This document shows positions 43,337 through 57,620 of a stretch of 64,000 bases of DNA, one piece after another. A program made the translations under genes and the position numbers. The stretch is from Lama glama (lineage: Eukaryota): positions 64,172,001 through 64,236,000 of the forward strand of contig CM052816.1 of the NCBI GenBank assembly GCA_028534125.1. The letters run 5' to 3'. The first letter of the stretch is position 1. Each line of letters starts with the position of its first letter. Under the pieces are notes generated by a model. That model was not told the DNA's origin. It saw only the letters and a program-made list of their open reading frames with translations, and ran no database searches.

Positions 43337-44049
43337 ACGAGTCCTTCTGTTTTTGAGGTAAATTAGTAATTTCACTAGATTCTCTCTCACTGAAGTTTTG
43401 TGACCTAAAAGAACAGCAGCACACTTCCATTCTCTTAGAAGGAGTTGTTTGCCATGGTAAGAGGAAATGGACCAGACTCTTAGGTTCAAGAACTCTCTTG
43501 CTCCAAATGAGCAATCCACGAAGCAGAATCAGAACCAGTGACCTAGTAAGTTAATTTGGCCTCTCAGGTGGAACCTCAAGCTCTGTCCATTACTCTTCCA
43601 TTACATTCCCCAAATAAATTAGAAAGGAAGAAAAGAAACACAAGGCTAAGTCACTCTACAGGAAATCTTAAACGAATCCATTCATTCCAAAGTGTGTACT
43701 GCTATGGGTACAACAAAAAAGAATCCCAGCCAGTTCTCCATGTAGGAAATTACTGGAGGAAGGTCATAAGGAGTAGGAAAGGAGATGGGGGTCCTTTTAT
43801 TCAAAATTCTGTCTATGTGAGAGAATAATGAAGGAGGAAATGGCAGATCTTCAATAAAGCAGCCCAAACCTCAAAATCAATAGATCCTGCCTCAGGCCTG
43901 TACACTGACAAGCAATGGGACCCCTCAGAGGCTTCAGAATTTGAGCCTTCTAGAGAATTCAAAAGCACTTATATACTATATCACAAGGGTTGTGCTCCTA
44001 GAGGGTTTGTCAGTGATCTTAAGAAGCACTAACAAGGAGAAAGAAAGGG

Positions 44050-44240
44050 AGTTGCCATTTACTGGACATCTTGCTAAAGAGTTTTACATTTATACTTACC
44101 TTTTAATCTTCACAACAGCCATATAAAGTAGGCCAGATTATAATCTCCATTTTACAAATTATAAAACCATGCCTCAGAAGAGTGAACTGAACGACTGGAA
44201 TCAGAACTCAGATCTGTCTTATCTCTAGAAGTTATGCCGT
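44050..44240 (-). mobile_element. MIR SINE relic
   Basis: tttaatcttcacaacagccatataaagtagg...tctccattttacaaat. Confidence 0.7.
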
Positions 44241-45179
44241 TTCCAAAATTAGATGTTGTTACTTCACATGACATATATAATATGTACATTATACATAGGG
44301 CTAAATATAGCAACTGCAGACCAGCCTAATATCTCTGTCACATTGCTTCCACTAAACTACAGTGTACTCTCTGCTGACATGAGAATCTATACTCTCCATG
44401 TGTCTAAATATACCAAACCTTTAATAGTATGACTATATATCATGGATTTAATTTAATGTTTATTTTCTTGGTAGAATTCCTCACCTACTACTCAGTTAGC
44501 AATAGCAATGAAAATAAATGATTTACTATCAAACATATAAACCAGAAATATTAACCAACAATCTAGTACACCTATGTCTAATGGTAAGTAATTTTCAGAC
44601 TGTTGATGCCAAGGCACTAAAAGAGTTTGAAATGCCTGTGAATTACCAAAGAATGACTAAACCATGTGAAAGAGTTTTATAGTTAAATGTATTTTTACTG
44701 TAATCTAATTCCTGAAAAACTGGCAATCTATGTATGGTATATGGGATAAATCTTTATTAAGAGAGTACTTATTAATCAGAATACACTGTTTTTTTTGGCC
44801 ATAAGCAGTGAGTTTACTCTAACTCTCCTGAACTAAAAAACTTTAAACTGTTGTGAATATTAGAGAAGTTGTTTAACAGGAGTATCAATGAACATAGTAA
44901 CCTGCTCCCTTAAAACCAGTTTGAATACATTACCTATAATGATGGCTATACCCTCCCCCAAAGAAAAGATATTGCTTTAATATTATTTAGAAAGCATTTT
45001 ATCCATATTCAGAAATGTGTTTATGGTACTAAAAGTTCTGTATAAAGCAACAGACACAGCTTCTACTCACACTGAACTTATAATGAAGATAACTTTGTTT
45101 CTTAGGCTATCAAATTTTGGTGATGAAGATGAACATTTACCAAGCATAACAACTGTTAGACACCATTACCATTTAACAC

Positions 45180-45330
45180 CATAATCACAACAATTTGAAA
45201 GGATATGCTATTATTAGCTAATCTTATACATGAAGAAACTCACTTAAAAAATTTGTCAAGGTTCATATACACAGTAAGATTTAGAACTGAGATTTAAATC
45301 CACATCTGTATGACTCCAAAATTAGGCTCT
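45180..45330 (-). mobile_element. MIR SINE relic
   Basis: atcttatacatgaagaaact...tttgtcaaggttcatatacacagtaag...gatttaaatccacatctgtatgactccaaa. Confidence 0.65.
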
Positions 45331-45772
45331 TGAAACTAATTTAAAGATAATGACATTATTAAACTAAATATATAAAAGCACATATTAAGAGCTGAATTCA
45401 AAGTTATGTTCTACTTGGGAAAATTAACTAGAAAAAGAAAAAAACTTGAAAAGATGGCATTTTAAATAACATTAAGCTATTTATTTTGTTTTCAGTATTG
45501 AAACTGTTTTTCAAAATTGTATAAATTGCCACCATTTTTTAAATAAGAACCAAGAAATACAAAAATGTTTCACATCTTGTCTAAGGATACCTAAGTAAAT
45601 TAGTGCTTGCATTACAACACAGAAACCTCTATTGGTTGATTAACTTATACTCTATTCTTTAAAAAATAAGTAAAAATTAAAAAAGAAGCCTTTATCCTAT
45701 TGTAAACATGATCATATACACTTTCTGTATATGTATATATTTAGAATATTTCTTTAAAAATTAAAAAAGTCA

Positions 45773-45955
<183 letters not shown>

Positions 45956-47052
45956 CTAGGTAAAAACTCTGTGCTAAAAGGGCTCTGACAATAAACTTGA
46001 GAAGAATTAAGATTCTGTGCTTTTTGCCTAAACACTTTTTAACCCAATCTCAATTTCAATATACATACAAATGTATGACTGAAAATAAATGTAAAAATTA
46101 TTCTTTTATTTCCAGGACTTTGCTGATTTGTGCTAAGCCAGAAGGCAATGACTTTAGAACTGAGATATTTCCCTTTTTTAAGGTCAGAGACTATACTTTT
46201 GGAAAGGAGTTTACAGGTTCTCTAAAGAAAAAAAATCATAAAAATGTCTCACACTAAATACGTGTTTATAAAGCTTTACTGTGTAGGACATGTTAGGAAA
46301 ATGTTTCTCAAAGACATTAGAAAAATACGAAACCAAGTAAACTGAGCAGAGTATTTCTCTTTATTATGTTAATTCAAGAAGCTTTCACCATTATCTGCTG
46401 CTGTATAAACTACATGCTGACATAAGTCTTTAGTTGCAGAAAACTGAAGATTAAAAAGGGAAATCAAGCCACATGGGAACAGGCAGTGCAGCTGTTGTAC
46501 TAAACCAGGTTGTAGTATCACCTTGCCAAACTGCATAAATATTTTATTGCTGAAGTACACACAAAAGATAACAGCTATGTAACAAGCCCTGTGTGCAGAC
46601 TACCTTAGAAATTCAAAGATTACCCACATATTTAGGCAGGTGAAAACTAAGTTTCATTATTCATTAAGAAAATAAAATGGCATTCAAGGCCTAAGATTCA
46701 TAAGCAATACAAAAACTAAATCTAAAACCTCTCATCAATTTGTTTCATCTCATCTCATTTGTTTCATCTTCTTTTGACCCTTAAAAAAATACATTCATAG
46801 GTGTGGTTTTACATTTCTTTTCTTTTAATGACCTAAAGTAGACTCAGCTGGACAAGGAAATAATCACTAACACCTGCTTAGCACCAAGATCCATTAGTCC
46901 CTAAGAGGAAGGCAACAAGGCTGTGAATCTCCCTGAAGAAGTGTGCACTCATTCATTCAGCCAATATATTTACTGAGTGCCCTCTGCTAGACTTGAGGAT
47001 GGAATGGGGTACAAAATAGAAGTCCCGTCCTCACAGAACTTACCACCTAGTT

Positions 47053-47315
47053 CAATGACTTTCAAACTTTTTTGACTAAGACCCACAATAAGAAATATAA
47101 TTTACATCATGCCCAATACACTCAGATATCTGAGTGGTTATATGACCACATCTATTAATCTTAAGCAAATGTATGATGAAAACATACCCTTACTATAATG
47201 AAGAGGCCTGATATTTTCTATACTTTCTATATTTCATTTTTAACAGGCTTGTCACAATTTTTTAAAGAGATTTCATAATGCATAATGGGTTGCAACCCAC
47301 TACATGAAGCATGTG
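47053..47315. mobile_element. hAT-Charlie-type MITE inserted in L2
   Basis: caatgactttcaaactttttgactaagacccacaataagaaat...taatgggttgcaacccactacatgaagcatgtg shows decayed Charlie-like termini; exact family not determined. Confidence 0.6.
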
Positions 47316-48168
47316 AGATAAATACTAATGTAATAATCACACATAAAAATATAATAAAAAGTGAATTAATTGTTCATAGAAGAGGACAAAGTGCCAGGAA
47401 ACTGTACCAAAGAGCTCTGACTTGACCTTGGATTGGCAGAGTAAGCATACCTCGAGGAAATGGAATTTGAGCTGAGATCTGCCTTCAGAAGTTAATTAAA
47501 GGCAGGAAAAGGAAGGACTGGGTCTGCAGTGAGACTAAGAGCTTGAGCTGAGGTCTCAGGAAGGAAGGAATGAAACGGTACATGGATGAAACAAAAGGCA
47601 GTCCATGTCCATGCAGGATGAGGAGAATAATACAGACAATCCTGGAGAAGAGAAGAAGGGCCTAAGAGCCCTGACAAGTGAGGAGCTTAGTTTTCTCCCT
47701 AAATATAATGAATGGAAATTCATGACAAGGTTCCACAAAGTGGAAGAATGGAATACTCTAAAAAGATGTTTTGTGCTGATGTGCATCAATCCCAACATTC
47801 CTATCATGGAATACTATGCAGTCATAAATATGAATTTGAAGATTCTTTATGTACTACAAAGGAAAGATATCCATGGTCTTTCAAATGAAAAAAATCAAGG
47901 TGAAGAAAAGTATACATAGTGTGCCACCTTTTTTGTGAATAATGAAGATTTTGAAAGAGCTTATGTGTTAGTATTTCCTTATTATATGCAAAAAATATCT
48001 TAGAAGAATGTTTAGAATGAGTAACCTAGTTACATAAAGAAAGGAGGTTCTTCACTGAACATGTTTTTCATACTTTTAAAATTCTGGCACCACAGGAATC
48101 TAAAAATATCTCTGAAGTGTGGAGAATGGATTGGGGAGCAAAAATATTTAAGAATAGAATAGTGAAGC

Positions 48169-48298
48169 CTATAATGAAAAAGAATATGAAGAGGAGAAAA
48201 AATACATATACATATATATGTACAACTAACCACTGTGCTGTACACCAGAAATTAACCAACACTATAAATCGACTACACCTCAATTAAAAAAAAAAAAA
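48169..48298 (+). mobile_element. Short L1 3'-end insertion with poly(A)
   Basis: cctataatgaaaaagaatatgaa...ctgtgctgtacaccagaaattaac...cctcaatt(A)n; degenerate flanking duplication aagaatagaatagtgaag / aagactacaacagtgagg. Confidence 0.8.
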
Positions 48299-51276
48299 GA
48301 CTACAACAGTGAGGGTGATATTTTGATGGTCTGTACAAAAGATGATAACAGTAGCTTAAAAAACAGTTATGATAACTGAAATGGAGAACCTGACAAATTT
48401 AAGATATAAAAGCAACAGAACTTGGTAAAGAAGTAGATACATGAGGTATGGGAGGATCAGGGGATTGAGACATGGGTTTTTAGATTAAACAACTGGACGA
48501 AATACTGGACAACTCACTGACTGACACATAGACCACTAGAGTAGGACTAGATTTGGAGCTGGGAGGAGCAGAGTTTAGATCATGTGTTCAGTTTTAGACA
48601 CGGTGAATTGAAGTACCCTTCAGAGAGCCAGCAGAGAAGAGGGGAAAGGATTTCAAGTAGGAAGCTCGATACACTATGGAAGGCAGTACAGGGTAAAAAG
48701 AGCATCTAAGATAAAGTCTTAAGGAAGGCCATCATTTGAAGACTGGGCAAGAGAACGAGGAAGAATGGCCCTGGGAATGAATGGCCTGTTAGGAAGAGCT
48801 CGAGTGCCTGGCTCTTCTAAAAGGCAGAGAAAGCTGTTCCAAGCAGGAACTAGGCAAGTAGGTAGATATTTAAGCTCCCAAAAAGCAAGGATTATATCTG
48901 CCCTTATTCACCACTGCTTCCTAACACCTAGCCAGAGTTTGCGACTATCAGGCAGGCAATCAATTACTGGGAGGAAGGCAGGGAAGAGAGAGGGAAAAAA
49001 AGGTATTCCCTTCCACCTCACCAAGAAAAGGAATCCTATCAAAAAGGAACCACTGCTGGATCATCCTCAGGCACTATCTCATTTTCTTCTCACAACGTCC
49101 CCTGGAAGTGAGTATAGCTCATGATCCTTTCTACAGGAGGAGAAACAGATTCAGAATGGGTATGTCCACAGCCACACTGCTAAATCCAGTCTCCCAGTTG
49201 TCTCCCCTGCCAAAGAATATATTCTAGTACCTCAAGCTAAAGTTGAACCCTGAAGGCATCAATGTAGTGGCAGCAAGTATCAACCCTAAGTCAAAGGTAA
49301 CTTTAAGGAAGGATACTAGGATGTTTCCAGGCACTTGTTAGCATGTTTCAATTTTACAGGAAAATTTAAGGACACACAATTTTGTAAAGAGTTAACTACT
49401 GGGGTTACATCTGTATCCCCCAGGGATACAGCTCATCTCCTTGATTCTAAGGGAAAGACAGACACAGATACACACAACTGCACAAAGACAACTAAAGATT
49501 CATTACCTAAACACATCCTCTTCTTAGGGAAAACTCTGACAAGCTTCTGATTACCATTCTCACTGTTCCTTCTGATGACTGAGCTAAAAAATCTATTATC
49601 CATCTTCACAGTGGCTATTTTTCCCCATTTAGTTGTGATTTTTCACATTGTTTTCTGTCGGGCATTGAGGGCCAAGACTCACATGGAGTCCTACCCCAGA
49701 AGGACATGGATCAGCACTCACTGTCCTGTGGCACAATGAAGTCATGCTTCCCTTTGCTGCTAAGACCAGAGCCATGAGACTTGGAGTTTCTGTTTGCCAA
49801 ATAAATGCCCAAATACTTTAAGTAGATTTGAATTAGGTTTGGAGGCTGGGAGAAAATCTCAGTCATCTCCTTGGCCTGAAGTGAAAAGGGGTCAAGATTC
49901 ACATGCTCTCAAAAACTTCAGGATACAGTTGTTGTTGTTGTTTTTCCATACTAAGAAAAGCAGGAGAAAGAATAATCCAGGAATCACTTTGATTTGACTT
50001 GAATTACATGATGCATTTTTTTCCTTAAAATCTAATGGTGTTTAAAACACTATAATGGATTTTAAAATTTCTTTAATGAATCATTTAATTTACAAACATA
50101 CAGACTTCTGTTCTTGCCCAGCTGGAGAGATATCTACTAATGTTTGTTGTTGTCTTTTTTGTAAATTAGTATTAGAATTATTTTTGAGAGTACAGGGGAG
50201 GGAGGAGGCATGGCAGAGGGTAAACGGCCCACAGACAAAATTTTACTGCAAATAATCTCAACTTGTCTACGCATGAGTTAAGATGTGGGGAGTTCCCTAG
50301 TCCTGGATTAGAATTCAGAAGACTTCAGTTCTAGGCACTGTTTGGTAAAACTATGTGTCCTCCAGCAAGTCACTTCTCCATTTCCTTAACCCTAAAATTC
50401 TATAATGTAGGAATAAAAAATTAACTGAGTAATAAAAATCAGAAACCTTCTCATGTGACTGTGGAGAAAACACCCGCACTCATAAAAACGCAAAGGTAAC
50501 TCGCTGACAGATAAAACATAAATTTACTCTAAACACAACTCAATATTTTATGAATAAAGACATGTACACTATACATTAACCAAGAAATTAACATCTACAA
50601 CAACCCTCCCACAAAAGAGCAGATTCATTTATTAAACTTTAATGCTAAAGTTTAAATGCTTAATCCTAACATGTCTTGATTATGTGCGTTAAAGTGTTGC
50701 CTGAGCCTTGTACAAGACATAGGTTTACACAATTTATTTACTTGTTAATAGCTGTCTATAATCAAAGACAAACTTCTCAGCATTTAGCTTTGAGAAAGGT
50801 ATGCAAAGAGAAACATAATTCATGTATTTATACACTTGCTACTAGATAATCCTCCAATTGGGAAGGAACCAGAATCTGTGTATGTAAATTAAATGGTCCA
50901 CTGAAGTGTTTCAAAACCTACCATATTTTTTACCCTTATTTATAATTATAAATGCTATAACTTTTACAGCTGCATAATTAATCTTTGTGAGCATTTTATT
51001 ACCAAAGCTTAATTCTTCGAAGTTTCAAGCCTTCAGGGAAAGAGAAATTATCTGTTGAAAAAAGTAAAACAGTTTAATTGTCTGTCATTCCCAGCTAGGG
51101 ATGTGTGAATTTGATTTGCCCTCCTACCTTAATTATATAATGTCATAGGAGAGCAAATGCGAATTCATGAACATGAAGAAGGATCACTGTCCAAATCTTT
51201 GGCTTTTCTCTGTCTGCTGTTTGATTTGGTTCTAATTTAGTTTTGATTTACCCCAATATCAAAACTCTCTTATCCC

Positions 51277-51445
51277 AGTGGTTCTCAGAATTAGGAGTAC
51301 ATCAAAACTCCTGAGTCACGTCATGAAAAATAGATGCTAAGGTATCACATCAGACCTACTGAATCAGGATCTTTGCCGTGGATAAAATGGTGGAGGGGGT
51401 GGGAAGTGGGTTGGGAAATGATAGAATTCTATATTTGGACAAAAT
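51277..51445 (+). mobile_element. MER5-like hAT-Charlie fragment
   Basis: cagtggttctca terminus and cagacctactgaatcaggatct internal motif. Confidence 0.7.
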
Positions 51446-53699
51446 GTCAACATGGTGGCACATTCTGGATCTTCATGATGAAAAGTACTCAGGATCCTAA
51501 CGCCTCAAACAGATGACTCTCCAGTGTACTGACTAAAGCAAATTTAAGACACATTGATGGAGATATCTGTCTCTTGTCACAGAAACAGTCACTTCTAAGC
51601 ATTAGGCAACACCAAATCACTCTGCAAACTTTAAACTGAATATTAAGACATGTTCACAACTGGCTTATGTTATGTTTAGTATGTGGAATTATACACAGCT
51701 TTGAGTTCTAATGGGGAACTTAATGACTTCTCTTCTCCTCTTAATCCCCTGGAACAGAAATTCAAGCAAGAAATGAAAGGCTTTAGTTTACATCTTCATC
51801 TTAACTGAGATCTAACTGCTTTAGTAATGCAGTTGTCCACATAATGCTTTAAACCATTTCTATTTATGTAGCAGTGTTCTTTTTTGTTAAAATTAAATTG
51901 TCAAATTCAGTCTACAGAGGCAGAATGCAGGCAGCAGAAGTCTACACTGCAGAAGTGATTAATTCAGTCTCTTTTGTGGGCCCTATAGAAGAATGCCATC
52001 TCCTACAGTTTTAGTGCCTGCTGTTAAAGCTAGGAAACATTAAGTCTGTGGCTTACAAAGGCACCAGTACACCTGTCTTACAAGCTGAAAGCAAATCCTG
52101 ACATTAACCACTGGCACCAAGAGGGAAAAGGCAAAACAGCAAACCTCAGTGATTCAGACTCAGAAAAAAATCTTTCTTATTTTTACAGAGGACAAGAAGT
52201 AGGAGACCACTGAAAAATGATGTGCCCTGAATAAACACACATTTGAGAAAAGATTTAAATTTTATTCGTACTCAAATCTCCATTGCAAGGTAGTGACTAA
52301 TGCCTTCATTTCAATTTACAATTTTGTGGTACCTGAAACAGCCACATTCCTTTATGACCTGATATTCTCAATGGTCAGTCCATGTAAGCCTACAGCCACA
52401 ATGCAGTGTGGTGTCCTCCTGGATAGGACAACCTGTTTTCTTTATCCTGGTGGCCAGTGACTGAGGGAGCCCTGGCATTTGCTAGGCTCTGCTCCCTCAA
52501 CAAGCCACCTTCCCTTCAGCTAAATGCCAAGGAAGTAAATAAGCAGCACTGTAATCAGCATGTATCTCGAGGAACTCAAGTAGGCCTGTCAGGGTTTATA
52601 GCCCCTCCTCTATTATTTTCCTCTCACCTGATTTTATTACTCACCTCTTATTATTGTTTAATTTACTTCAGAAGTTCAATAATATAGTTACTCAGGTACA
52701 AAAATAATCATGTATTTTATATGGATAAAACACAATAAAACATTTGTACATTCACCAATGCTCATTAGAAAAAATGCAGAGGATAAGCACGGAGTGCATA
52801 ACAGGGAAGTCATTTCCCATTACTTAGCTAATAAATGTATTAGCAATTACTTGCTACACAAATACAAATATTTAAATGCAAAGTTCTCAGAAAGTCTCAT
52901 TTTTATATTCCCGACTCTTCAGATTTCTCAAGAGATTCACTATGTTTGCAAGCTTCAGGAATGATTTGCTGAGATTAATTTTAGAGATTTTTTTTAAAAA
53001 ACAGTTCACAAATATTTTCCTCAACTATCTACCTTGTCTGTGCAGACTCATGTCAACTGCCACATCACAGTAATGGTGATAACAGGGACTCAGATTTACT
53101 CCTTTTTATCATCCTGACCTTATGAAATAGGCACTCTTTATTGTCTATGTTTTACAAATAAAAAAACTAAGTGCCTGAAGAGATTCAGTTCCTTCACTTC
53201 AGTAACAAAGCTGGAAAGCAAAGGGACCAGAATTCTAATGTAGGCTGTCTAATTTCTAAGCTCCTAAACAATTCTAAATGTCTTACAGTGGAAGGTATGA
53301 GAAAGCCAAAGTAGGGGAGATGGGAATAATAAGCTCATCTAGCCAACATGGTGAGACTTAGGGTCAGTTAAAGGAGAGAGGGATGGCAAGGAAACTGACC
53401 ACAGCTGGTAGCGACCCTTTGTAAATTATGAGAGCTGGAGTAGTGTCAGACATGACTATAGGGTGTGAGGGAAGGCAACATTCAGAGGTGAAAAGAGAAA
53501 GGATGAAGGGTATTGGCTGAAACTAACTTGGCTGTCTCTGTATTACCCCATCAAATACCCGATGAGCCAGAGACATGATTCTTCCTAATTAAGAGACATA
53601 AGTACTAAGATTACTTCTCCTTTGCCAAATGAAATGTTTTTTCATGTGAAGATGATCATGTGTACATGACTGTATATTCCATCAATTTTTTTAAAGAAA

Positions 53700-54310
53700 T
53701 TTAAATCATATTACGGAAGCATCAAATTTTAGTTAAAACTTAAGGGTAAAAATGGTAATTTGGGGAGGGAAATTTGGCAGTAATTACAAATCTCAAAATG
53801 CCGGTACTACTTGTTCTAGCATTTTTACTACTAGGAATCTATTATGCAAAAGCATTTGCACAAATTCACACACACACAAAGAATGGTTACAGCAGCACTA
53901 CATATAGTAGGAAAAAATGAAAACAATTTCAGAATCATTCAGTTGGTTAATGGTTAAATATACCCATACTATGGAATACTATACAACATTTAAAACAGTA
54001 ACAGACCTATCAGTACTAACATGAGAAGATATTCATGATATACTGACAAAAAAGCAAACTGCAAAAAAAAAAAAGCTTTTTAAACTGTTTTTTAAAAGTT
54101 ATGTATGTGTGTGCATACAAAGAAAACTGTCTCAAAGACTATAAACCACATTGTCAGCAATAGGTGACTTGGGGGAATAAGGGAGCTATTGGAGACTAAG
54201 TAAGGGAGCCGTTGTGAGCCAGTAAGTACCTGCCTTTTTATCCTTATATACTTCTATACTACTACACATTTTTTCAACATGCAGTCTTTTTTTTTTCATA
54301 ATTTTAAGTT
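53700..54310 (+). mobile_element. Old L1ME-like 3' UTR relic
   Basis: ggaaatttggcagt...ctactaggaatctatt...tacccatactatggaatactatacaacatttaaaa...catgagaagatattcatgatatact. Confidence 0.65.
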
Positions 54311-54684
54311 TCACACTACTGTACTTTGAGGTAGCAAATTTAATTCTCTCCTACAGAAAAGATTTGCTAATTATATTGACCAGCAGTAGGTCATACCTTT
54401 GTTTCACCAACTGTCAATGCCACAATGTTCTACAATAGAAAGGATATGCTTGTAATAACCAAATTATCTCCCTAGGATGCTTGTAAAAACTGATTGCTAA
54501 TGCAAGCCCAATTACAATGAACATGACCATCCACAGGGAAACAAAAGGAAGCGAGATGTGACATGAGGCCTCCATCAAATGACTCTAATTGTCACTCACT
54601 GCTAGATTTGGAACACGTATGTGTACAAGAATAAATCTCCAAATTCCTACTAAAAACAAAATGGAATAAAAAATTATGTTGCTT

Positions 54685-56899
54685 TGTTTTGAAGCAGTTA
54701 ATTTGCAATATTATGTTAGTTTCAGGTGTACAGCATAGTAGTTCAGTACTTTTACAGATTACACCCCACTAAACGTTATTACAAGATAATGGCTATAATT
54801 TTCTGTGCTATACAATCAATATATCCTTACTGATTATCTATTTCATACACAGTAGTTTGTATTTCTTAATCCCATACCCCTAACTTGCCCCTCCTCCCTT
54901 CCCTCTCCCCTCTGTTAACACTAGTTTTCTACAGCTGTGAATCTATTTCTTTTTTGCTATATACATTTGTTTACTTTTTTAGATTCCACATATAAGTGGT
55001 ATCATATAGTATTTGTCTTTCTCTGACTTATTTCACTAAGCATGATGTTCTCTAGATGCATCCACGTTGTAAATGACAGAATTCCATTCTTTTTTTATGG
55101 CTGAGTAATAATCCATTATATAAATACATCACATCTTTATACATTTGTCTGCAGATGGACAACTTGAGTTGCTTCCACATCTTGGGTACTGTAAATAAAT
55201 AGTGCTGCTATGACCACTGGGGTATCTTTTCAAATTAGTGTTCTCGGGTTTTTTTAGAAATATACCTAGGATTGTAATTGCTAGATCATGTTCTACTTTA
55301 GTTTTTTGAGGAACTTCCATATTGTTCTCCATAGTGACTGTACCAATTTTAGGTTCCATCAACAGTGTACAAGGGTTCCCTTTTCTCGCAGCTTCTCTAA
55401 CATTTGTAATTTGTAGATGTTGACTATACCCACTCTGATTGGTGTGAGCTGACAGCTCACTGTGGTTCTGATTTGCCTTTCTCTAATAGTTAGTGATGTT
55501 TAGCATCTTTTCATCAATCTATTAGCCATCTGCATGTCTTTTTTGGGAAAATGTCTATTCAGCTCTTCTGCACAGCTTTTGATTTGGTTGTTTTTTTTTT
55601 CTATTGAATTGTATGAGCTGTATATATATTTTGGATATTAACCCCTTGTCAGTTATCATTTGCAAATATTTTCTCCCATTCCATAGGTTGTCTTTTCATT
55701 TTGTTGACAGTTTCCCTTGCTGTGCAAAAATTTTAAATTTAATCAGATCTCATTTGTCTATTTTTGCTTTTATTACTTTTGCCTTAAGAGACAGAGCCAA
55801 AAAAACACTGCTACAACTTATGTCAAAAAGTGTTCTGCCTATGTTCTCTTCTAGGAGCTTTATGGTTTCAGATCTTACAAATTTAGGTCTTAATCCATTT
55901 TGAGTTTATTTTTGTATATGATGTGAGAGGATGTTTTAATTTAATTCTTTTACATGTAGCTGTTCAGTTTTACAAGCACCACTTACTTAAGAGACTGCCT
56001 TTTCTCTATTTTATATTCTTGCCTCCTTTATCATAGATTAATTGACCATAAGTCTGTGGGTTTATTTCTGGACTTTTTATCCTGTTCCACTGATCTATGT
56101 GGCTGCTTTGTGCCAGTACCATGCTGTTTTGATTACTATAGCTTTGTAGTATAGTTTGAAGCTTAGAAGGGTGACACCTGCAACTTTGTTCTTTTTTTCT
56201 CAAGACTGCTTTGGCAATTCTGGGTCTTTGGTGGTTCCATATGAATTTTAGGATTATCTGTTCTAGCTTTGTGGAAAATGTCATAGGTATTTTGAAAGGG
56301 ATTGTATTAAACCTTGATTGTTTTGGGTAGTGTGGCCATTTTAACAATATCAATTCTTCCAATCCAAGAACATGGGATATTTCCCCATTTCTTTTTATCA
56401 GTTTCAATTTCCTTCATCAATGTTTTATAGTTTTCAGAGTTTAGGTCTTTCATCTCATTGGTTAAGTTTATTCCAAGTTATTTTATTCTTTTTGGTGTGA
56501 TTTTAAACAGGATTTTTTTTCCTTTCTCTTCATGATATTTCATTATTAGTTTATAGAAATGCAACAGATTTCTGCTTATTAATCTTGTATCCTGCAATTT
56601 TGCTGAATTCATGTATTAGTTCTAACAATTTTAGGGTGGAGACCTCAGGGATTTCTATATAAAGTTATCATGTCATTTGCAAATAGTTTTACTTCTTCCC
56701 TTCCAATTTCGATGCCTTTTATTTCTTTTTCTTGTCTGACTGCTGTGGCTAGGACTCCCAACACTATGTTAAATAAAAGTCACAAGAGTAGGTAGGCATC
56801 CTTGTCTTGTTCCTGAATTTGGAAAAAAGGCTTTCAGCTTTTCACCACTGAGTATGTTAGTTGTGGGTTTGTCATAAATGAACTTTATTATATTGAGGA
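54685..56899 (-). mobile_element. 5'-truncated L1 (ORF2 3' part plus 3' UTR), same orientation as ZSWIM6
   Basis: Minus ORF 56006-56407 contains L1 ORF2 motifs ([52 protein letters not shown]). The 3' UTR resembles the 22964-24974 element; frameshifted. Confidence 0.92.
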
Positions 56900-57374
56900 T
56901 ATCGTTACTTTTTGTTTAACAAATTGCCTATTACTTCTTAAATATTGTCCTTAGGAGTCTACTAAAATAACACAGGTCATAGTTTCAGCCCCGATAGGGC
57001 TTACGATAAAGTGAAAATAAGGTACACAATGAACATGGGAAGGCTGAATAGGTCTGCTTGTTTGGTAATATCTGGGAGAGACTGATTGGATTGATGTATA
57101 AGATGGCTGTGACACAGAGGCTAAGTAGGACAGGCAGGCATGAATGGAATTTATAGTGCTAGCTTTATAAGAACCATGCTCAAACAAATCAAAATGTCTG
57201 ATGGAACAACACACAGATGCACACCTGGGCAAAATAATAACAGGTACACCTTGGCAATATGGATTCTAGGTGCCTCCTATGTCTCTGTAGAAATACTATC
57301 ACCAAAGAGTCACAGAATCAGGGGTGGAAAAGATCTTAGATGTCATGTGTCAATCCTCACATGACATGTGAATA

Positions 57375-57620
57375 CAGCTAATCCCTGAACAACATGGGTT
57401 TGAACTGCATGGGTTCATTTATACAGGGATTTTTTTTTCCCGACTAATGAATACCAAAATCTGTGGTTGGTTGAATCTGCAGATGTGGAACTACAGACAC
57501 AGAAGAACTGTGGATATAAGGAAATACAGGAACCCATGATCAATGATAAGTTACTCGTGGATTCTTGACTGTGCAGAGGGTTGATGCTCCTAAACCCCAA
57601 GTTTTTCAAGGGTCAAACTG
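57375..57620. mobile_element. Tigger2/MER28-like Tc1-mariner MITE with TA target duplication
   Basis: ta|cagctaatccctgaacaacatgggtttgaactgc...aaaccccaagtttttcaagggtcaaactg|ta: imperfect terminal inverted repeats with TA flanks. Confidence 0.85.

Larger units (their letters stand above)
46946..48760 (-). mobile_element. Fragmented L2 element with later insertions
   Basis: cactcattcattcagccaatatatttactgagtgccc is the reverse-complemented L2 3' end. Purine-rich L2-like segments resume at ~47320-47740 and ~48300-48760; boundaries approximate. Confidence 0.65.

Noticed and set aside
50632..50655. 10-bp inverted repeat ttaaacttta-atgc-taaagtttaa
   Set aside because: AT-rich short stem, plausible by chance and too short for a pre-miRNA.
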